A stretch of 64,000 nt of DNA, from the NCBI GenBank assembly GCA_012295275.1, contig CM022671.1:15500001-15564000 (forward strand). Direction: 5' to 3'. The translations under genes and the position numbers were made by a program. Numbering within the stretch: the stretch's first letter is position 1; every line of letters starts with the position of its first letter. Of this stretch, positions 37,836 to 52,028 are shown piece by piece. Under the pieces are notes generated by a model. It was not told the DNA's origin and ran no database searches. It saw only the letters and a program-made list of their open reading frames with translations. The DNA comes from Chrysomallon squamiferum. Lineage: Eukaryota > Animalia > Mollusca.

Positions 37836-39954
37836 GTGTCTGCATGTACATCTATATAAGAAAAAGGTCCTTAACATTATATGGGATGTTGCTTATTCAT
37901 TCATAATCAAATACTTTCATATGTGTGTGACATTGCATATATTATTAAAAAATCAGTCTCTCAAGTCTCACATCAAAATGAAAGGCTGATTATTATTATT
38001 ATTATTATTATTCATTAATACTTATTTCATGGAACTTCCAACATAATACTAAGCATGACTTAAATAAAAAGATTAAAAAAGGAATAATATTTTTTTTATT
38101 GGTACTTAGAATCTAACAATGCTATGAAAATGCAAAAATAAATTTGAAAAGACTGAAATCTTAATTCAGTTTAGAATTAATAATTCTTAAATACATTCAT
38201 GAACATTATATTTTATCTCAAATATATTTTGAAATATTGTCTAAGTTAACATTGTTTTGATAATAATTTCCAACAAACAAACTAAATTAGTCTTTTCTGT
38301 TTGAATTTTAACTTTAAAAATTCAAATTTGGACTGAACTGAGTGTTTTATTTGATTTGCAATGTCTTTAAAAGATTAACGTTTCTGTTATAAAACGATCT
38401 CTTCTCACTGATAATTTGTTTGTTTGTTTGTTTGTTTGTTGTTGTTGTTGTTTTTCTTTTTTTCTTTCTAATATTTCAGCTTGACCCACCCTATTTCAGA
38501 AATTGTGGATCCTTCACGATAGGGTTAAATACCAGTTTAATGAGTTATAATCCTACGACTGTTGAGTAACAATTTTGAAATAACTGCACGGATATACTTC
38601 CAACAGAATTGTTATTAAATTCAAATCTGATTTACAAGTGACACTTCACAACGTGTTAATACAACGTTCAAAGCAGGAAATGAAGGTCTTGGTGTAATAA
38701 CAATATGATGAATATGTTAACAATGTGTATACAATTATCCCCCCACCCACAAAATAATGGCTAATTATTATTATGAATTATCTGCCGACATAATCACACA
38801 TTGTACTGAATTAACCAAATAATACTTAAACAATAAAGTGAGTGTGTGGAAAAATATAAAATTACATAAACATGACCTCAGGCATGATCGACAGAACTAT
38901 TTAACTATTAGTATTAATACGGAGAATAAGAAATTAAGCCAGTGGCGTCTCGTTCTCTAGTTACTTATTTTTCAGTTTGTACAATAATGTCATTAGGACA
39001 GATCAGAATTTTAAACATTATTTTTAGATATCTGCACGTAGATAACAAACTGTTGTAAATCTTACCATGTAACTGTCTATGTTGTCGCTGGCCTACATTC
39101 ATCTCTAACGCCATTTGCAATCTAAATTAGGTTTACCTGAATGATGACAGCAGGCACAGGTAACCGATAACACAGGTATTTCATCTGGAACAACGTATTT
39201 TAAAAAAAAACTTTAAAATAGTATACGTTTTGAATAATAAATTTTAAAAAAACCTCATTTAGTCTGATTATTTTAAACATATTTACTTGTAACATGGAAT
39301 TTTAAATTAATATATATATATTTTTCAAATTATTATTTGAAATGAAAAACATTAATTTATCATGACAATGTTAAAAGTGTTATTGATGATTCAGGCCTGT
39401 CGACCCTCTTACCTACCAGGCATGATAAATATCCTTTCACAAATCTCTCATAGAACGAACTATAAGAGTAAATGGAGATAACAAGTAACATATTATCATA
39501 AATATATAAGCTTTCACAAATGTGTATTTTGGGGCAAATTCTAATGAATGCATATAAATATATATTTTTTTCAAAAGTATTTTATTATATATTCTTAAGC
39601 TTAAATAGAAAAAGAACCCTATTTGGAAAAAGTATGCTTAATGTATTAATGTTTATTATTAATTATTTTTAATTTTTAAAAATTATTTAGTCATTTATTT
39701 TGGGAAATTTATTATTTGAAAGTTTGTTGTCAAAAACCTTTGTAGCATAGTAGCCAAGATTCTATTTTTAGAAAGTAGTTTTATTAATTTTCTGCCCCTC
39801 TTTGTTCAGTTTCTGACTTAAAATTAATTTTTTAAGGTTAAAAAAGATAATAATAATAAAATAAAATAAAAACAAAATCACTTCTGATCATTATTTGCTG
39901 GGTTAGTTAAAATATGACACTAACCTGTCAAGAAGATAAAATTTGAACAAGTGC

Positions 39955-40632
39955 AATTAAGATTATGTCAGTAACAAATTAAAATGTCAGTAACATGTCA
40001 AATTAAAATGTCCAGTAAAATGTCAAATTACAGTGTCAGTAACAAATTAAAATGTCAGTTACATGTCAGATTACAGTGTCAGTAACATACCAAATTACAA
40101 TGTCAGTAATATGTCAAATTAAAATGTCCAGTAATATGTCAAATTAAAATGTCCAGTAACATGTCAAATTAAAATGTCCAGTAAAATGTCAAATTACGTC
40201 AGTAATATGTCAAATTAAAATGTCCAGTAACATGTCAAATTAGAATGTTAGTAATATATCAAATTAAAATGTCCAGTAACATGTCAAATTACAATGTCAG
40301 TAAAATGTCAAATTACAATGCCCAGTATCATGTCAAATTACAATGTCAGTAATATGTCAAATTACAATGTCAGTAATATGTCAAATTACAATGTCCAGTA
40401 ACATGTCAAATTACAATGTCAGTAACATGTCAAATTACAATGTCAATAATATGTCAAATTACAATGTCCAGTAACATGTCAAATTACAATGTCCAGTAAC
40501 ATGTCAAATTAAAATGTCAGTAATATGTCAAATTACAATGTCCAGTAACATGTCAAATTACAATGTCCAGTAACATGTCAAATTAAAAAGTCCAGCAACA
40601 TGTCAAATTACAATGTCAGTAATATTTCAATT
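39955..40632. repeat. 24-25-bp minisatellite, ~27 copies
   Basis: Unit GTAA(C/T)ATGTCAAATTA(C/A)AATGTC(C)A, built from two ATGTC-containing subunits. Intergenic, between the ABTB1 3' end and the 5' end of the TM-protein gene. Confidence 0.93.
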
Positions 40633-42165
40633 ATACATGAACTGTCCAAACATTTTTTTTTTTTTTTTTTTTTTTAATCTAGTCCAAGACAGACACATAT
40701 TTGGTTAAAGATTTTTATTTATTTATTATTTTTTATTCAGTTTTATTGCAATGAATTATATCCCTAATGTCTTACACAAACATGTATATTATAAACATTT
40801 TTTGTTATTTCAGTTATGGTACTATTTAAAATGAAATCTCACAACCATCTGAATGAAGCACTAATACAAACTGTGAATACTGAAGGCCCAAGTAAATCGG
40901 TTTATTTCAGTAAATGACACACAAAGGCTAATGTTACAAATCTGGTCAGTAAACAAAAATAGTTAAAATCAGCTGTGACTGGCAGTTTTGATTAGGATCA
41001 CTGTAAACACTGAGTTCTGCCATATTTGAGGCCACGGAGACACAAGCTGATAAATAAACACAAAACTGAAGAATATGGCATTTTATTTTCATCCTTTAGT
41101 AAGAGCAAAATATTTATCGAGATATGACGTTTGTAACTGCTGTGGTAAGCGTATTTTGTGTTTTTAATATATATATATATGTCAACCACATAATTCTGGT
41201 TATGCCTCGAATATTGAATTAGTTACATACAGAGGCATAATTCAGGTGATTTATTTCAAGTAACTGTGATAACATCTTGAATCCACACAGTTAGCCCTGG
41301 AATACTACTCTGTCAGAGTAAAACAAAATACCATCTCTAAGTCGAAGTCTGTAGTATGGCATGTTTCTGCTGATTATAACTGTGACCCAAGATGGGTGGA
41401 TGAGACAGATGTTGTCACAGTCAGATCAATTGTTTGAAATTTGGTTGAAACTGATAATCAGGCTGAGATGATAACTGACATCTTTAACTGAATGATGGAA
41501 ATCTCTACAATGCCATTTTAATTTTTTTTTTTTTTTTTTTATAAATATCTAAATTTAACTACATTAAAAATTATGTATGAGTATGTGTATATATATGTAT
41601 CAGTGTATATATATAAATATAGATATATAGGTAAAGCAAAATCAATTTTCATATAAAAATAAACTGAAATACACCATGATATAAATCTATAAATTTAATT
41701 CTTTTCCCTAGAAAAGACTGTTATTTTAATAATACTAAGCTATCTTTATACTGAGTAATATTCAGAGCAACACATTTTAAATAATAAAAACAAAAACAAA
41801 GATTAAAATAAAACTTAACATATCAACAATAACAGTTATAAAAGCACTATCTACTTCTTCACAGCACAAAGCAATAAAGTTTTTTAATGTGTGTATTTGC
41901 ATTTGTGTGTGCATTTTAGTCAGATTATATCCAATAAAAAAGAAATCATCTGTCTGTAAGATTATTTAAAAATAAACAAGTGCATAAATATTACAGAAAA
42001 TTTAGATTTTAACTTAGTTTCTATATCATTAAACATGAAAAATAATGTCTGCGTTTGAAGTAAAATATTAAGCATTTCATTATTTTTAAAAACTACATCT
42101 ATTTTCCATGATTTTTAAAAGAGGAATCATTTTCTTGATAAATGCATTTGGTGAGCAGATGGAGT

Positions 42166-45100
42166 TTATCCTTCAAGCTCAAGTTTCTCAAGCAGGTTAT
42201 CAATGATCTTGAGACGGTCATTGGCTTCCTCAATGTCACTGTATGTCTGTATGAAGTTTGTGATGTAGAAACGAATTTCATCAATAATGTCAATAGTATC
42301 TGCTTCTTCTCGTTCTTTCAAGTTAGAGGCATCTTCACGAACAAGCTCGGCAAATTCTTCCTGCTCTATAACCTGCAGTAAATTTCTAAATATTACATGT
42401 AGTGAAAACACTAATTTCTAAATTTTAATCTTTAAGCAGTGGTCATAAGATTAAGCTGAAATCTGATGCAGAATTTAATGCTGAAACATCTGTACTTATT
42501 ATTGAATATTCATTTTGGACTCAAACTCACTTTAACTTAAGTTGAAGTTATTAACAACAAAGCTCAAGACTTGGGATAGAAAAACTAGAAATAAGATTTT
42601 GATGAATACAAGCAAACAAGATTAGAAAAAAAAAAAAGAGATATGGATGACGGTTTACCTTTTCCAAATTGTTAGCTATGAACTCAGCACATTGTGATTC
42701 TAGTTTATGTAGACTGAATAATCTAGAAGTTCTGAGAAGGGTAACAACATTTTCCACATCAACGAATTGGGCCATGTGATTAGCACATAACCTCTTCAGA
42801 CCTGGCAGCAGGTATATATCAGCAGCACACAGCACATCAAAGACACTGTCTGATGTCAGCTACAAAATTCAGAACATATTTAAATATAAATATCTTGTGT
42901 CCACAAAATTTGAATGTAATAAACTGTGAAAGATATGAGTTGATAACTGGTTACTGTCTTAAGGTATCAGTTTTATCCTGAGACATTTAGAAGGCCAAAC
43001 AGGACTGAGGTTGTGCTGAGCTGCAACAGAGGGAAGGTGAGAAATAAAACAGTCAATTTCATTTACTTTTTATATTATTTAGGATAGCAGGATGTATGAA
43101 GTGCCTGGTTACTGATTTCAGAAACTTGCATTATCCTGTGCAGGTTTGAAGGCCAGACTGCAGTGAGGCAATGCCAAGCTGCATTCGAAATTTGACTTAA
43201 ACAGGATAAAATATAAATGTAAATATGTTTTGTCTACAAATACTACAACTAACAAACTATTAAAATCCAATATTAATTACAAATAAAAGTTTTTTTCTGG
43301 GTTGGGGAAGGGAGCTAACTCAGTGAATATCTACCTCGCAGATGTCCTGGTACACGTAGTACAGGATGCTGATGAAAACGTCTGCAGTCACGTCATGAAG
43401 AGTGATGATTGGTACATTCTCATTCACTGTTGACTCTCCAAAATGATCATTCAAAAGAGCTTTGAAATAGTCACTTCTTCCACAGAAAAATACCTGCAAA
43501 CCAGTGATTAGTTGTTATAAAAATATATTTCTTAGTTAAAATTTGCAGACACTCAAAAGACATGATAAAGCTACTTTGTTACTAATTTTGTGATTTATGT
43601 TAATTACATTTCAGTATTATTATTCTAATTTCAAACATCTGTCATTTAAATTAAAATAATTTGCTACACATATTCATTTTCTGAAAAAAAAGTGAAGTTA
43701 TTTATTGGAAAATATTTTTATACAATTACTCGAACATGAACATTTACAGAGGACTAATAATTGAAAATAAGGTGTTACTGTGGCTGTAAAATAAATGTTA
43801 ACATTAATCTGTTATGACAGTTTTTAATTTATAATACATTTCTAGTTTTGTAATTTAAACAATAGTACTATCAATAACATAACATTTATCTTGAAACCCA
43901 ACTTTTCATGGTTATTTCTACAGTTTTACCTTGTGACACATAAACGTGTGACCTTCAACAGAAAAGCACACATCAGGAAACAAGGGACATTTTTCAGGCT
44001 CAAATGGAAGTTCTCCTGTCACCTAAAATTAAAATAGATGTGCTCGGCAGACCAAAAAGAATTTATCTTCTTCACTATCAAGGTTGTTACTCTCATCCAG
44101 CAGTAATAATTCAGACTAAGATATAAATGAACATGACCCAGGCCTTGTATTTGACTGAAAGAAAACATGACTCAATATGCCAGATTATGTCACAGGTACA
44201 GAGGAAATCATAATCCTTTAGACGAAGATATGATAATATCAATGCATTTTAATGTGCTTGTTAATAGGCTTACAAAAATCAAGGTAAAAGAGATTTGACT
44301 GAGTATGATTACAGAACGTGTTTATTACCAATAACACTGTTACACGCCTACCTAAAGAATATGAAGGTAATAAAATTAAAATAAAAACTGTTGATGGATG
44401 AGAACTGGAGATTTTTTGGGGAAATGGGAGGAAGGGAGGCAATTCTAAATGGGCAACAGTGTGATTTGAATGTAGAAATGGGTGATTTTCTTGTTACCCA
44501 GTTGCTCAGTTCAGAAGGCAATGCCAAATCTGCCAGTTTACCCAGATCCATCTGAAGATCAAACAGATTGTCTTCAGGCTCAATCATCAAAGTGGTGATA
44601 TGAACACCAGGCTTCTGTGATTCTGGAATCATACAAACAAACCATCAACAAAAATTAGACGTTTAACTTTTTTGTCTACTGGATGGTTTTTTCTTATCTC
44701 GCACACACACACACACAAACACATTTGCAAAGAAAGTCATCACACAAAACTATTCTTTAACAGTTAATAAATTTTAATTATTTATATTATATTTTGTATT
44801 CACCCTTTGAGCCCGATATTCTTATTACTTCCATGGCCCAAATAACAATATTTTAGTCTTGAAGACATTATCACAGCCTAATCATGCTAATGAAACAAAC
44901 ATGATGAAAGAGAATTGCACTGATCTATGATTGATACTTTGAGACTAAAAAGCCTCTTGAAACAAATATTACAAAACAGAACAATTACTGTATCACTGGT
45001 AACCATACCACAGATGGTTTGTAGAAAAGGTTTAATCTCTTGTTAACATGTTTCACTCTTACCTAAAGAATATTTCTTTCTGAGTTTCTCTTGTAATTGA

Positions 45101-48098
45101 TTGTGCAAACTGAGCAGCTGGCAATCTTTAGCTATTATGATACAGTCATCTTTTTTATCCACATGACACTCTAAACCACCTTTAAAAAGAGAAAAAAAAC
45201 AACAACAGCTGGAAAAAAGGACAACTTAGATTAAGCTCATTTTGTGGAAATAACAAGAAATTTATATAAGTATCCATTTGTCATTCAGTTTCTTTCACAT
45301 TTATGATTTACTAAAATAATCTGATAGAGCTAATGTTACTAATAATTTATAAAAATCTAAAAAGATTTCATAATTATATTTTTTAGTATTTCATGAACTA
45401 AAAAGAGGATATTAATAAGTAAAGAATTATTATTTTAAAATAAATGTTTTTTTTGTTGTTTTTTTACCTGTGTATAAATATTGTAGTACAGTCTGAAATG
45501 CTGATGGATAAAGCTGAAATTTCAACAGAAAAATAAAGTTACAATGAAAAACATTAACACTTTCAATAACCAAATTCTCAAATAGTTTTCAAATTAACTT
45601 GTTAAATAACAAATGATCAGATCTCAAAATAAGATTTAAAAAAAAAAAAATAAAAAAATAAAATCAACTCTAGGACTTTTAGAAAATATTATAACCCTTC
45701 AAAATGTTAATTATTTAAATGTTATGAAAGTTTCTGTCATGTTACCAGTTCACGTTTCAAGCTGATCTCTGTCCGATCCTTCCAGCGAGTTTTGAACTGC
45801 TGAGTCAGGTAGGAACTCCGAGCACACAGAACACACCGGTGCACAGGAATTCTTTCTCCATGAACCAAGAACACAAAATCAGCATAGTCAGCATTTTCAA
45901 ACATTCTAAACCAAAAAAAACACACAAAAACAATATTTTAATAATTTAATACCTTATGATTGTGTTGTGATGGGAATAAAAAGGTTTGTAGTGTTTTTAA
46001 AAATAAGTGGCCTTTGCCAGTATTTAATAATTTAATAACTTATAATTGTATTCTGGTGGGAATAAAAGTTTGTAGTGTTTTTAAGGAAGTGGCCTTTGAG
46101 CATGTGACTGAAATATGTGTACTAATTTTATCATTTCAAGAATTAAAACTGTTTTATAGTGAAGTAAAAATACAGCTTAAAATTTTTTTTTTTTTTTTTA
46201 AACTTTAAATGTCATGGTGTACGTATGTGAAAGGAAATTGGCAACACTTCAAACAGACCACTTTAATATGATTTGTTATTTTACGTTTTAATATTTACTC
46301 ATTAAATATGCATCTAAACTTGATTGTAAACAGGGATTCAAAAACATGTCACACTGCTTTTCAAAACACATGTATTCTTTACAAATTGTTTAGTACTTAT
46401 TCTTTGGCTTACTTTCTTAGGAATTCCTCATACAAACTCCTCCTTAGAGTTCTTGATGAAATAACACAAAAATTCTTCAACATTTTCTTGATTTCATCTG
46501 TAAGAGCCCCATATAGACAACGTTCCCCATCAAATGTATTTGCTTCACATTTGGCTCCTGTTTATATTATAATGTAATTTTTTTTAAATCAATGGGTAAC
46601 ACAAAATATGTTTATATTTCAACTACCTTATATATACATGTAATTTTATTAAAAAAAAAAAATTTAGCTTTTATATTACAGGAGTATTTCTGCCATAGTT
46701 TTATAATAAACACTCAACTGATTTCTTTGATAGGCCTATTACTCAAAAAGACTAAAATCTAGAAAATGATATTTTAATCATACTTAAATGTCAGTTATGT
46801 GCAATATAAAATGATACTGAATAAAAATACCCTTCAATAAACAAATCTATGTGTACATCTGTACTACAAAATCATAGCTATCAGTCATTTATGTACAGTA
46901 GAATAAAAATTACAATAGATTTATATAAAAAAGGAAAGACAAACCGTGTTCAAGTAAGAACTGTACTATTTCTTTGTGTCCACATAAACATGCATAGTAT
47001 CTGAAAGTCAAATAGAAAATTGTGTAATATTCATGATAATGTAATTCTCCTTTATAAAGTTAATATAATGTAATTATTATTATTAAAAATGCATGTTATA
47101 TGAGGAGTTGTTGTCAGAAATACTATATAGATAGATATATATATATATATATAAAGAATGATAGAAAAAGATCAGGACAGTGTTTCTTACAAGATTTTGA
47201 TGTCAGAAATACTATTAGAAAGTGGGAAAATAAATAAATAAATATATATGCACAGAAAGGAAGGATAATACTTTTAATTAAATCATCATAATAATTTATA
47301 CAAGTATTATCAGATGACTGTAATAGCAGTAAATAAAGGTATATAGAATATAAATTGTCTAATAACTCTGGTAATAACACAAGTAATAAAATAATAATAA
47401 TTTAAGGATGTATATGATCTAATAACAAAAATAATAAAATAATAATAATTTAAACATATATACATAGAGAGAGAGATAGATAGATAGATAAATTGACAGA
47501 CAGATGTATTTGTCAAACTAACAATGGTGTGCTGTCCCATTTGTCTCTGCAGTTAATTTCAACTTCTCGTTCTTCAACCAGAAATCTGCAAAAATCATGT
47601 TTGAAGAACTTTAATGCAGAATAAAAAGTTCACAGCAATCATTCTGGAAATGAATCTGTATACTATATTAATATATATTATTTATTATCATCATCATTTG
47701 CTTATAATTTATATATTAAAAACTTTAAAAAAAAATCCAGGTTGTCTATTTTGACCAATAAAATACCTGCTATAAGTTTGACGTTTTCGATAATAAATAG
47801 ATAAGTACATAACTATAATTTATAATAGTAAGTTAAATAACGTGAATAAATCCGAAAAATCGAAGAGTTTTATCAGTTAGAAAATTCGTGGTTATAAGGT
47901 GTTAGAGTGATAGCAACGTTCGGATGAAAGATAGCAAATATTCAGATTCATTTGGGCTGATCTGGGTGTAACCTTCAGAGTGCTATAGTTTTATAACTGA
48001 ATTACTGATTAAGCTATTTAAAGAAATAACATTGTTACCTACTTTACTTTATCAAAATTTCCAATCTTGCAACTAGAAAAAAAATCGTGAAGTGCCAT
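42166..48098 (-). CDS. ABTB1: Ankyrin repeat and BTB/POZ domain-containing protein 1, 12 exons, 475 aa
   Basis: Exons 48043-48098, 47523-47585, 46945-47000, 46413-46557, 45746-45905, 45468-45513, 45063-45179, 44498-44622, 43930-44022, 43335-43493, 42659-42859, 42166-42372. All GT-AG, total 1428 nt. Diagnostic stretches: RDKWDSTPLYYACLCGH, GAKCEANTFDGERCLYGAL, VHRCVLCARS, PDVCFSVEGHTFMCHKVFFCGRSDYFKALL, YLLPGLKRLC, REEADTIDIIDEIRF. Confidence 0.96.
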
Positions 48099-49647
48099 AT
48101 TAAACTTTTGCTGCCGTAATGTAAAGTTTATTGTTGACTGTCTAACTGGCTGTCAGAATCGAAATAAGTCTTGTTTACAAACAAGCGCTGCTCATAAACA
48201 GTTATGTCAGTGCAAGAAACTCTGTCAGTGTAAACGAGCTATTTACGGTCCCGCACTAAGCTTTCGTTTGAGTCGTTTTTTCCTTCAATAACAATGCGTG
48301 CACCACAACTTCGAATAAATAGCGCCACGTAACATTTATGAATAGTTATTTGTAGTTATTTATTTCAGTATAGTCTTTATTTCTCAACATTAATAAAAAC
48401 GTTTAACATTATTAAAATAATAATTTGGATCTGCAATGGGCCTATGTGGTTATTATCACAAGTTCTTGTATTGGTGGACTGACCCACATCCGTTGACCTT
48501 TACTTTTTTGACTTGGTAGGGTGTACTGTGCTATCTTAGGATAATTACCACAATTTTTCGTACTGGTTACAGAAAAAAATAGTTTTACATTATGATCCAT
48601 GGTTATATTATTTAACATCTTTATGGATGTACAGATTTCAACAACCATAATATATGCCTCTTCTGGGCCGACGCATTAAACTAAACGAGTCATCAGATTC
48701 TACATTCAATGCTTTTGCAAACAGTCTACGTCAGTGTCTTTTACTCTGACCTGAACTCAGCGCTTTTCGACCAAACAGGCCCATTTATATTGCACCAATT
48801 GCACTTCTGCGTCAGTGTTGCCACCACGACGAAAAACGATTGTGACGTAACACTTTTCGCTAGCAGTAGAGGAATATTTTTATAGAATTAATCATCGAAT
48901 ATTCAGTTAGACTGAATTTGCGATATTAATATTCTTTGTCAAGTATAAAGGAAAATATTTTACAAACGATTTTCCTTTTTATTTTAGAAACGAAAAATCA
49001 TTTTATTCTGGAAAAATATTTCTGAACGATACTTAAGAAAGAGCAGATGCTTTCAAACGAAACATCTTTTCAAAGGACAAATTTTTATTAAAGCCAAATA
49101 TTTTACCAGAGAGGAATAATTCTTTATAAAAATCATAAATAATTTCGCTACCTTTCTGAAATAATTTGATATAGCTGAAATCGAATGATAATTTAGAACG
49201 AAAGATCCTTTACAAAAGACCAAAGATAATCATTTATAAAAAATAGATATTTTATACAGAGGAATAATTCTCTACAGACCAAATATTTTTTACAAAGGAG
49301 TTTATAAAGGAAAAGATTTCTATAAAGAAATAATAAAATTGCTGATGAAAGCAATTAAAAAAGAATACAATATTCAACAGAATGACGAAATGAAGAACAA
49401 ACTTTGTGACTTAAAACACAGAAATGGAAATGTCTTTCATATGTTAAATATAAAATAATTTAAGAAGTCTCGGTTAAATAGCACAGAAAACAGAAAAAGT
49501 GAACACACGGAGAAATGTACTGACCAGACTTGAAGTAAGAAAGAAAACAGCCTCGCTCTGCAAGTCAGCGAGATCGATGTTGTCTGAACAAAAAGAAACC
49601 AAAACAGAACGTTTAATACATTTTTCTTATCGTAGAGCGGATTATTA

Positions 49648-49683
<36 letters not shown>

Positions 49684-49733
49684 CGTTTTCTATATTTATT
49701 AACATTAGTTATTTGCGATGACGGTTAAAAAAC

Positions 49734-49767
<34 letters not shown>

Positions 49768-49991
49768 AAAAACAAGAAAAGAAAAGAAAAGAAGAGAAAA
49801 ATTCGTGTGGTAGTGGTGGAAGTGTATGTATATTTGTGTGATATATCCTGCTCAGTATTTCATTCAAACATATGCGAGGGTGTGTGCCTATGACGTAAGT
49901 CATGCCTATCAACATACTTTGAAGGTAATTATAAGAAGTCTTAACGCTGTAGTGGTACTTCGTAGTAGCCTACTTCATATTTATAACGTGA

Positions 49992-50026
<35 letters not shown>

Positions 50027-50335
50027 TAAGAAAGAAAATAAGAAAGAATACAATTGTTTCGAACATATTAAAATAAATATGGGAAGAAATAAAACGTTAT
50101 ATTAAGTGATGTAATATATCAATACAAACTATATCAATAATTTTATTATGTTTCAACTGTGTCTCATAATATGTATGCTCTTTTTTGTATTCAGAATGGC
50201 AGTGTCTTCTTATCATCATTACATACAGTTTTTTTTTAATTTCGCTAATAATGAGATTGAAAATGCCGACATCAGACTAAGTCTACGCAAAACATAAAAA
50301 CAGTAATGCTATTAAAATAAATAAATAAATAAATA

Positions 50336-50366
<31 letters not shown>

Positions 50367-50801
50367 AATAAAAATGCATAACTATCCCAACAATATATAA
50401 TTGCAAAGTGGACTTAACAAAAAAGAGCAACAACAACATCAACAAAATGAACAAGAATCCAAAATAAAATGAAATAACTGCATTATTTCTAATTTTGAAA
50501 TGAATATGATGAATTAAACACTTATCTGTATTTATAATATATCTTGGTCAAGCAGTATTTAAAGTCTTGGAATGCGCTTCTCTTACAGACGACTGTAATA
50601 TCCAGAATTCATATTCTAAAAGTTTTATAGCTGAATAAGAAACAATATTTACTGAACATATTTGTTATTATTATAACTAGAAATAAAATTCATGCTACTG
50701 TCTCTAAAGATTATTATTACACAGAAAAAGTTATATATTCATCATCATTATCATTATTATTACTACTATGTATATATATATATACACACACACAAATATA
50801 T

Positions 50802-50835
<34 letters not shown>

Positions 50836-51338
50836 CTAGAACTTATTGTACAGAAAATTAATGATTCACTGAAAACTAATTTATAAAATACTGAAAAGAA
50901 AGGAACATAACTCTATATCAAATGTCGACATTTAATCCCCAAGTTTGAATTGTCAACTGTCATTGATCAAAGAAAATACTTGGCGAGTATAATCAACACA
51001 TGGTTAAAAATTACCTTTTTGAAATAGAAAATGTCATCTGACTAAATTTATGTTTATTTCATTTGAAAAGTAATTGGTATCTCGGGATTCATGACGTGTT
51101 TTTTCCCAGTGACCCGTTATATTAACTTGAAGTCATTATATAAACACCGTTAATTTGTCATAGCCGTTTTCCCTGAAGAATAATTAATTATTCTGTAAAC
51201 TGGTTTCTTTATATTTTTTTTTTTAAAAGTGTAAAAAAAAAAAAAATATATATTTTTTGGTTGTTTTAGTTAAAAATATCAAAATTTTAAAAAGTAAAAA
51301 TAACAATAAATAATAGAAATAAGTAATAATTTTAAAAA

Positions 51339-51385
<47 letters not shown>

Positions 51386-51735
51386 GAAATAAAGAAATAA
51401 AGAAATAAAGAAACAATTAAATTAAAATAAAAGAAAGAAAGAAAAAGATGAAGAAAAATAGGAAAAATAGAAAATGATAAAATGAAAAATATCCTACAAA
51501 CAACACAAATAGAACAAAAAGAACAATAACAACAACAACAAAAGAAAAAAATACAGAAAGAAAAGATCAAAGAGAAGGTGAAATTGTTTCTATTTAAAAA
51601 GATAGGTGGTCTTTCACGACATTAAATATACAGAACATTCAGATACCCAAACGCGTGTTCACAAGACGTAATCTCTAGAAATCCGTAAAACACTGAAACA
51701 TCTACAGTGAAACAAAAATCTAAAATATTCAAAAC

Positions 51736-52028
51736 GAGTCATGGGCAAACTGCGGCCAACGCTGCTTTCTGAGTGGCCCGCCTAATTTCACAAGGAAAAT
51801 AACAATTCAAATTATATAAAATGAATCTATTTTGCATCTACTAATGTACTAAAACACATGTAATTTTTGTTTATTATAACAGTTTCTGAAGTTAAATGAA
51901 AATGAAAAATTTCTTTAAATAAATTCTACGTAAAAAACACAAAATCGCCTAAATTAATACTTGCGGTCTGCCTGAGTATGAGCCATGTCTCATGTGGCCC
52001 GCTTCTCGAAAAAAGTTGTTCTAAACTG
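51736..52028. mobile_element. Probable degenerate hAT (Charlie/MER30-like) MITE
   Basis: Left end GAGTCATGGGCAAACTGCGGCC...GTGGCCCG and right end ATGTGGCCCGC...AAAAAGTTG...ACTG resemble the terminal/subterminal GGCCC motifs of hAT MITEs. The TIRs are imperfect and no TSD was verified. Confidence 0.4.
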
